Shown: one piece after another, positions 58,549 through 64,000 of the stretch
How positions within the stretch are numbered: the first letter of the stretch is position 1
Layout of the letters: each line of letters starts with the position of its first letter
DNA from: a virus
Length of the DNA stretch: 64,000 nucleotides
Reading direction: 5' to 3' (one strand)
Virus record (IMG/VR): IMGVR_UViG_3300011261_000048
Location: 1-64,000 of that record
Translations under genes and position numbers: made by a program
The notes under the pieces: generated by a model
Database searches by the model: none
What the model was told of the DNA's origin: nothing
Seen by the model: only the letters and a program-made list of their open reading frames with translations

Positions 58549-58854
58549 ATGAAAGTAACAGCTAAGCAAGAAAAGAAGAAAGATTTAATATGGCATATGT
58601 GGAGTGTAAAGAAAATGACTTTTAGGGCTATTGCTAAAGAAGTAAAATTACCTTTAACCCATGTATACAATACTGTTAATGCTAAAAAAGTACAACATAA
58701 CTATAAGGAGAGTTATGCTATACCTATTGGCCTGGGTAATGCTAAAAATAAAGTAAACCTAAAAGTAAATGATGAAATGGAGTATGGTACTCCTGTTTTT
58801 AAATGTACTTGGGATGATTTATCTAAAGCAGAACAACAGTTAGCAACAAATTAA
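58549..58854 (+). CDS. Putative HTH DNA-binding protein
   Basis: KMTFRAIAKEVKLPLTHVYNTV helix-turn-helix pattern. Confidence 0.6.
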   Translation: MKVTAKQEKKKDLIWHMWSVKKMTFRAIAKEVKLPLTHVYNTVNAKKVQHNYKESYAIPIGLGNAKNKVNLKVNDEMEYGTPVFKCTWDDLSKAEQQLATN

Positions 58855-58966
58855 AGAAGTATACCCGACAAGGAATACGTAGTCTATAGCCCTTTGAGGT
58901 TCACTGTAAATATAGTCTAGCCCTGATGAGTGTGAAGGGGCTTATTTAACAACTTAAAAATTAACA

Positions 58967-59281
58967 ATGAGTAAGAGAAAACCAAGACATCATTATGCTA
59001 CCGCTAAGTACCCTACTAAAGTAATAATATTACCTAGGTTTGATGCTGAAGAAGATAATTATATGCAATTTCAAAAAGAAACTGTATTAGTTACTCCTAA
59101 CAAAGTGATAGATAAGGATACCGAAACAGAAAGATGGGAATACCCACATGAAGCATTAGCTAGAATAGAGAAACTAGCAGAGGCAAGAGTGGCCCAATTG
59201 AATATAGAGTATAAAACTAGTAATGGTTTTTATATTCTTAAGAAAGGAATACGTACTTCACGTAAAGTGAAGAATTATTAA
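58967..59281 (+). CDS. Hypothetical protein
   Basis: ORF track. Confidence 0.6.
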   Translation: MSKRKPRHHYATAKYPTKVIILPRFDAEEDNYMQFQKETVLVTPNKVIDKDTETERWEYPHEALARIEKLAEARVAQLNIEYKTSNGFYILKKGIRTSRKVKNY

Positions 59282-59295
59282 CTAAACTAAATACA

Positions 59296-59730
59296 ATGGA
59301 AAAATCTACAAGAAAAGATATTATACTGAATATAATATTCTGGGCAATAGTAGTACTAGCTTTCCTATTTATGATAGGAGGCAGTTTACATGCACAGACT
59401 AAGAGTGAAGTATATAAGGAGATAATTAAACAGGGTATAAAACATCCTGATATAGTTATGGCCCAAGCTAGATTAGAAACAGGTAACTTTACTTCTGGTA
59501 TTTGTAAGCGTAATAACAATTTGTTTGGTATGAAACTACCTAAACAAAGAAGAACTACAGCAATAGGAGAAAGTAAAGGGCATGCTAGGTATAATAACTG
59601 GAAGAAATCAGTAGAAGATTATAAAATTTGGCAAGATACCTTTTATAAAGAAGGAGATTATTATATTTTCTTAGAATCTCATGGTTATGCTACAAGTAAT
59701 ACCTATATTAGCAAACTAAAACAATTTTAA
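59296..59730 (+). CDS. GH73 glucosaminidase / FlgJ-like peptidoglycan hydrolase with N-terminal TM
   Basis: AQARLETG, NNLFGMK, GYAT. Confidence 0.85.
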   Translation: MEKSTRKDIILNIIFWAIVVLAFLFMIGGSLHAQTKSEVYKEIIKQGIKHPDIVMAQARLETGNFTSGICKRNNNLFGMKLPKQRRTTAIGESKGHARYNNWKKSVEDYKIWQDTFYKEGDYYIFLESHGYATSNTYISKLKQF

Positions 59731-59732
59731 TA

Positions 59733-59906
59733 ATGGGAGATGAAAGTATAATGCCTTGGGGTATTCATCAAGGTAAACAAATGCAGGAAGTACCTGCTAC
59801 CTATCTTATATTTCTATTAACAGAAAATAAGGCTAATGGAGAAGTACTAGAGTACATTCAAGAAAATGAAGAGACTTTAAGACTTGAGATAAAACAAGGA
59901 CTATGA
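59733..59906 (+). CDS. DUF3820-like small protein (MPWG.H.GK.M.EVPA.YL)
   Basis: Read manually; ATGA-coupled to the next gene. Confidence 0.7.
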   Translation: MGDESIMPWGIHQGKQMQEVPATYLIFLLTENKANGEVLEYIQENEETLRLEIKQGL

Positions 59907-60220
59907 GTGAAATAGGGGACAGAAGTAATGAAGGTAAATTAAAATGGTCTTTAGTATCTTGGAAAGCATTAGCTCCTATGGTAAAAGTACTAATGTTTGG
60001 AGCAACTAAATACTCTGCATGGAATTGGACTAAAGGACTTAAGTATACAGAAATCTGTGAAAGCCTTTTACGGCACACACATGCCTTTTTAGAAGGAGAA
60101 GATGATGATCCAGAAAGTAAATTAGAACATGTAGGGCATATACTATGTAATGCAATGTTCTTATCATATATGTTTCTTTTTAAGAAAGATATGGATGATA
60201 GAGAAAAATTAAATAATTAA
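59903..60220 (+). CDS. dATP/dGTP diphosphohydrolase domain protein (DUF5664)
   Basis: GKLKWSL, FGATKY..WNW.KG, SLLRH...GE..DPES.L.H..H..CN..FL. Confidence 0.85.
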   Translation: MSEIGDRSNEGKLKWSLVSWKALAPMVKVLMFGATKYSAWNWTKGLKYTEICESLLRHTHAFLEGEDDDPESKLEHVGHILCNAMFLSYMFLFKKDMDDREKLNN

Positions 60221-60244
60221 AATAATATAAAAATATAGACACAT

Positions 60245-60604
60245 ATGGGAAATTTTAGCAGGAGATTAGATTTTGTAGTAGGATTAATTACTGGGAGAAC
60301 TAAGAAAGTAAAAGATAGTGAAGGTAGAGTAAGAGAAGAATTTGTTCCTAATCAATGGAATAAGCATCCTCTAATCTCTGTATTAGAGAAAGGTAGTCCA
60401 GATAAGACTAGGATGGAAATCTTAGAAAAGGAAGGATTAGTGCTACCAGCCTTAAATATCAATAGAGATGTTTTTGGTAAAACACCAAGAGAGAAGAGAT
60501 ATCTTAAGAAACTTAAAGCTGAACATAAAAAGGCTTTAATTAATGCAGGATTTAATCCTAAGAAGAGACTAAATGTGTCTGAACCTATGACCTTACATGC
60601 GTAA
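60245..60604 (+). CDS. Hypothetical basic protein
   Basis: ORF track. Confidence 0.6.
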   Translation: MGNFSRRLDFVVGLITGRTKKVKDSEGRVREEFVPNQWNKHPLISVLEKGSPDKTRMEILEKEGLVLPALNINRDVFGKTPREKRYLKKLKAEHKKALINAGFNPKKRLNVSEPMTLHA

Positions 60605-60632
60605 GGTTATTATAGTTTAGATAAACAATACT

Positions 60633-60663
60633 GAGGGCTACTACTATAGAAGTAGTCCTCTTT
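60633..60663 (+). terminator. Terminator-like hairpin immediately upstream of tmRNA
   Basis: GAGGGCTACT-ACTATAGA-AGTAGTCCTC-TTT. Confidence 0.6.
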
Positions 60664-60667
60664 ATAT

Positions 60668-61052
60668 GGGCCTGTTCTGGAATTGCTTTATGTAGGAAAA
60701 TTATAATATCAGCAGTCAGTGGTGACTTTAAATACTGTAGGTGAATTTCAATAAACGGAAATACAATCAAAAATGAAGTTGGCTCTAGAGCTGACGTAGA
60801 AGCTCCAATGATTAAGTTCTTTGGAGGTGACGTAACAGAAGGTTCTGTTATTGCTCCAGCAATGGAGATGGCTATTGCAGCCTAAACCCAAAATAGTTTC
60901 TTAGTTCTATAAAAACTAAGTGGTGGAGGTTAACATCTAATGTTGACCCTAGACTAATTCTGAAGTTAGTCTTTAAATAAGTATCAGAGTAAGCTGTATA
61001 AATATTATATTTAGAATATGTGAATACAAGGGTTCGACTCCCTTCAGGTCCA
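60668..61052 (+). ncRNA. ssrA: tmRNA
   Basis: Acceptor GGGCCTG/CAGGTCC with G3.U alanyl identity pair; T arm AAGGG-TTCGACT-CCCTT; tag frame 60757-60885 ending MAIAA*. Confidence 0.92.
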
Positions 61053-61056
61053 CTAC

Positions 61057-61156
61057 AATAGTTAAAAGCGAAAATCTTTGGATAAGTAGAGTAGGTAAGA
61101 GTTAGATCTGAGATTTACCTTCTCCCTTTGAATAACGTGAGTAACTTTTAACTATT
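61057..61156 (+). ncRNA. Stem-closed rod-like RNA directly after tmRNA
   Basis: Perfect 12-bp AATAGTTAAAAG/CTTTTAACTATT; inner GAG.AGGTAA/TTACCT.CTC. Confidence 0.5.
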
Positions 61157-61179
61157 TTTATTAACTTTAAAAACAAGCA

Positions 61180-61923
61180 ATGAAATATAAATTAATTAAA
61201 GAATATCCAGGAAGTCCTAAAAAGGGGTTTATTTCTAATAATGAAGGAGGAGTAAGTCATTATCATAAAGACCATCCTGACTTCTGGGAGGAAGTAGTTG
61301 AAAAAGATTATGAGATACTGTCAATTATATCCACTAAGTACAATAGTATATATGGTAGAGGAGAAATACAAAATATTCATAGAAAAAATTATACACATAG
61401 TAATAATTTGGCAGATGATTCTCCTTGGAATATCCATTCAGTCAAAAGATTACATGATGGTGAAGTATTTAATGTTGGTGATAGTATCAATGTAATGCAT
61501 CATCCTCATCACCCTAAAGGAGTTAAGATAAGATCTTTGACAGTAGATAAGGATTATATTTGTGTAAGTACCACTGATGATATAGATAGTGCTTTTTCAG
61601 GTGGAGCAGGGTTTAACTTCTTAATAGCGGAACATAATATCAAACCATTATTCACAACAGAAGATGGTGTTGATATATTTAAGAATGACACTTATTATGT
61701 TGTTTGGAAAGATTTTACTTTTGCCTTAACAAACCAAGAACCTGGGAGTGAGGCAGTAAAAAGAGTTTTAACTAGATACTCAACACAAGAAAAAGCTGAA
61801 GAATATATTCTAATGAATAAACCTTGTTTATCTATTAAGGAAGTACAAGAAGCATACTATCTTAGTGCTAGAGAACATACTCATATAGATAAATTAATAA
61901 CAATAGCAAAAAGTAAATTATGA
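61180..61923 (+). CDS. Hypothetical protein (YKLIKEYPGSP...DYEILS...IHSVKRL.DGEVF.VGD...LFTTEDGVDI)
   Basis: ORF track. Confidence 0.7.
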   Translation: MKYKLIKEYPGSPKKGFISNNEGGVSHYHKDHPDFWEEVVEKDYEILSIISTKYNSIYGRGEIQNIHRKNYTHSNNLADDSPWNIHSVKRLHDGEVFNVGDSINVMHHPHHPKGVKIRSLTVDKDYICVSTTDDIDSAFSGGAGFNFLIAEHNIKPLFTTEDGVDIFKNDTYYVVWKDFTFALTNQEPGSEAVKRVLTRYSTQEKAEEYILMNKPCLSIKEVQEAYYLSAREHTHIDKLITIAKSKL

Positions 61924-62255
61924 AAAAATACATAGCAATAATGTTAGTAGTAATACTAACAAGTATTAGTTGTACAAAGATGACAACTAATAACAGAATA
62001 GAAGGAACATGGACTGCCAATGATATTGGTGTTGAACATGTAGAAACTTATTCTGATGGGTATATAATGAATGAAAATGGAGATACTACTTATATTTATG
62101 AAGTAATGTCTAAAGGTATAATTCATTATAATCAAGTGTTTCCTAATGATTCATTAGGTGCTTTAGAAGAATACACAATTATTTCTATAAGTAAAAAGGA
62201 AATGATTATAGAATATGGAGTTTTAGGTCAGAAAACCTGGAGTAAGAGAGATTAG
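61920..62255 (+). CDS. Lipoprotein with lipocalin-like domain
   Basis: Lipobox TSISC, then IEGTW. Confidence 0.65.
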   Translation: MKKYIAIMLVVILTSISCTKMTTNNRIEGTWTANDIGVEHVETYSDGYIMNENGDTTYIYEVMSKGIIHYNQVFPNDSLGALEEYTIISISKKEMIIEYGVLGQKTWSKRD

Positions 62256-62302
62256 TGGGTTATGGTTTTCTACACTTAAACAAGAAATCCGTGGGTTAAT
62301 AC

Positions 62303-62331
62303 GGTCCAGGTGTGATTACCTGGACCTTTTT
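62303..62331 (+). terminator. Intrinsic terminator
   Basis: GGTCCAGGT-GTGATT-ACCTGGACC-TTTTT. Confidence 0.8.
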
Positions 62332-62355
62332 ACATTAAAAATTAAAACAACTATA

Positions 62356-62577
62356 ATGAATAAAGAATTTACCGTAGAATATGCATGTGACTTTGAAGGA
62401 GATTACACTGCAAGTATAGTTAACTGTACTGAAACAAAAGAAAAAACTTTCAAGTGTTGGGAAACCGCACTAAATTTTATAAATAAATGTACAATGGTAC
62501 ATAACTTAGACCAATTATTAAATGTAGTACCTATAGAGCTCGTCCCTGATGCTGTATATGAACCTACATTTTATTAG
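62356..62577 (+). CDS. Hypothetical protein
   Basis: ORF track. Confidence 0.55.
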   Translation: MNKEFTVEYACDFEGDYTASIVNCTETKEKTFKCWETALNFINKCTMVHNLDQLLNVVPIELVPDAVYEPTFY

Positions 62578-62606
62578 GTAATTATTAATTAATTAAAAAT
62601 AGACAT

Positions 62607-62900
62607 ATGTTAGACATAGGTACTAAATTTGAAGGCGCAGAACAATATGAAATGTGTGAATTACAAGTAGTTGATAATTCTCAATTTGAAGAGTCAGATA
62701 TATATGAATGTATTATAACAAGTTCTCCAGAAGAAGATGAGATAGGAGACACTTGCTTTTTAGATTCGTATGAAGTAGGAGATTTACTACGTCAAAGTTC
62801 TACAGGGACAATTGGAGTAGTAGTAATGAACTTTTCTTCTGCCCCATTATTTCAAACTTCAGAAATGAACACAGCCATTATCTTAGGCTTAGTAAAGTAA
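62607..62900 (+). CDS. Hypothetical acidic protein
   Basis: ORF track. Confidence 0.55.
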   Translation: MLDIGTKFEGAEQYEMCELQVVDNSQFEESDIYECIITSSPEEDEIGDTCFLDSYEVGDLLRQSSTGTIGVVVMNFSSAPLFQTSEMNTAIILGLVK

Positions 62901-62974
62901 GATAAATTAAATTACAATTTCAAGTAAACTACACGAAGTAGTTTGCAATTATTAATGTCACAAAAAATATAAAC

Positions 62975-63265
62975 ATGGCAGCAACAAAAAAAGATGTATT
63001 GAGCTTAGCATTAGCTAACGTAAAGAAAACTGATATTGAAAGAGAATCAGAAGGAATCAGAAGAGCAGTAGCAGATAATGCTCATTCTTGGGGAAATGAA
63101 TTACATAATGCAAAGAAAGCAGTTCAAACTGCAGGAGACAAGATTGCAGCATTAGCCTCTAATGTTAACGCTACAGCAGCACAATGTCTACAAGCAAGTA
63201 GAGATTTGGCATTGGCGGAAGCTAATGTTAAAGCTATTGAAGAATTAATGGCAGTAAGATTTTAA
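62975..63265 (+). CDS. Ala-rich coiled-coil protein
   Basis: ORF track; followed by a terminator. Confidence 0.65.
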   Translation: MAATKKDVLSLALANVKKTDIERESEGIRRAVADNAHSWGNELHNAKKAVQTAGDKIAALASNVNATAAQCLQASRDLALAEANVKAIEELMAVRF

Positions 63266-63284
63266 TTAATCTTATGATTATTAT

Positions 63285-63313
63285 GCCCTCTACTTAATTG
63301 TAGGGGGCTTTTT
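63285..63313 (+). terminator. Intrinsic terminator
   Basis: GCCCTCTAC-TTAATT-GTAGGGGGC-TTTTT. Confidence 0.8.
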
Positions 63314-63478
63314 ATTAAATACTAGATTTGAGTTCGAATCTTGATAAGACTACGATAATCGCAGTTTTTCTTATCCTCTCTTCAACGATTAGAAATATTG
63401 AAAGACGGGATAAAGCAGCTATGCTTTGAAATAGCATTTAGTCTTATGGTATAAGGTATTACGAGTATTTAATAAAAA
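63309..63478 (+). ncRNA. Circularly permuted tRNA-like RNA (YrlA / Y-RNA-like topology)
   Basis: Order is T arm (TTGAG-TTCGAAT-CTTGA), acceptor 3' strand TAAGACT-A, insert, acceptor 5' strand AGTCTTA, D arm; closed by a 15-bp helix in the anticodon-stem position. Confidence 0.7.
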
Positions 63479-63491
63479 ATAATTAATTTAA

Positions 63492-64000
63492 ATGATATAT
63501 TTAATAACTAATCAAACATCAATAGGTTTAGAAAAAGGTATCAAACAGGCTTCTTTACAGGAGTGTATTAGTTACCTTTCAGGTATACCTACGCTAGGAT
63601 TAGATATAGAAACTACTAGGAAGTATAATAAGTATTTTGATTTTGAGGGTTTAGATCCTCACACATCTAAAATAGTAATGTTACAGATAGGAGATTTACA
63701 TAATCAATATGTTATTGATACTAGAAATGTAGACATTAGTCCTTTAGTTCCTATGTTTGGTAATAAAGATATCACCTTTGTAGGACACAATATAGCCTTT
63801 GAGTATAAACATATACTTAAGAACTATGGAGTAAGACTTGCAAAAGTATATGACACTATGATTTCAGAGCAGTTGCTTAACAATGATGGTGTACAGAAAT
63901 CCTACTCTTTAAATGCTTTAAATGAGAAGTATTTAGATATTACAGTAGATAAAAGTATTAGGTTAGGTTTCCTTACTATAGGAGACAGGCCATTTAGTAC
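63492..64000 (+). CDS. polA: Family A DNA polymerase, N-terminal 3'-5' exonuclease domain (partial)
   Basis: ATG 63492; LGLDIETT...GLDPH..KIVMLQIGD, VGHNIAFE, VYDTMISEQ, YSL..L..KYL; open to the window end. Confidence 0.85.
   Translation, partial: MIYLITNQTSIGLEKGIKQASLQECISYLSGIPTLGLDIETTRKYNKYFDFEGLDPHTSKIVMLQIGDLHNQYVIDTRNVDISPLVPMFGNKDITFVGHNIAFEYKHILKNYGVRLAKVYDTMISEQLLNNDGVQKSYSLNALNEKYLDITVDKSIRLGFLTIGDRPFS

Noticed and set aside
58915-58945. CTGATGAG hammerhead-like core
   Set aside because: No stem II followed by GAAA and no stem I/III arrangement; it is simply the loop of an AGCCC/GGGCT hairpin.
60585-60770. 61-aa minus-strand ORF
   Set aside because: Antisense to the tmRNA 5' end.
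1-64000. Genome-wide stop-codon reassignment as seen in some crAss-like phages
   Set aside because: Long genes are intact in the standard code, TAG and TGA both end genes, and there is no suppressor tRNA in the window.

Overview
AT-rich segment of a lytic crAss-like phage (Crassvirales-type gene order), most likely infecting an environmental Bacteroidota (Flavobacteriia-like) host. The host inference rests on TAnnTTTG promoters, SD-less A-rich translation starts and a Gly-initiated tmRNA tag. Positions 1-47.3 kb are the minus-strand late arm: a giant virion protein of >2,500 aa with a zincin motif (absent from the ORF track), cargo proteins, muzzle/ring/hub tail proteins, tail-fibre and lysis genes, auxiliary and major capsid, scaffold, portal, TerL, a GroEL/GroES pair, an Acb2/Tad1-like protein, HU-like and GIY-YIG genes, and three tRNAs. 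Positions 47.7-64 kb are the plus-strand early/middle arm: many short genes, a GH73 glucosaminidase, a DUF5664 nucleotide hydrolase, tmRNA and the start of a family A DNA polymerase. The most striking signal is RNA-level. (i) An unannotated 24-codon leader peptide contains Pro-Phe-Gln codons within a complete 1:2 / 2:3 / 3:4 attenuator, directly upstream of tRNA-Pro, tRNA-Phe and tRNA-Gln in the same order, suggesting a tRNA-starvation-sensing switch for phage tRNA supply. (ii) About ten stem-closed, often tRNA-mimicking non-coding RNAs lie in the early arm, including an anticodon-less tRNA, a circularly permuted (YrlA-like) tRNA and a tmRNA with a 42-residue tag. All protein calls are by motif and synteny recognition and all RNA structures were paired by eye; no database searches or folding programs were run.
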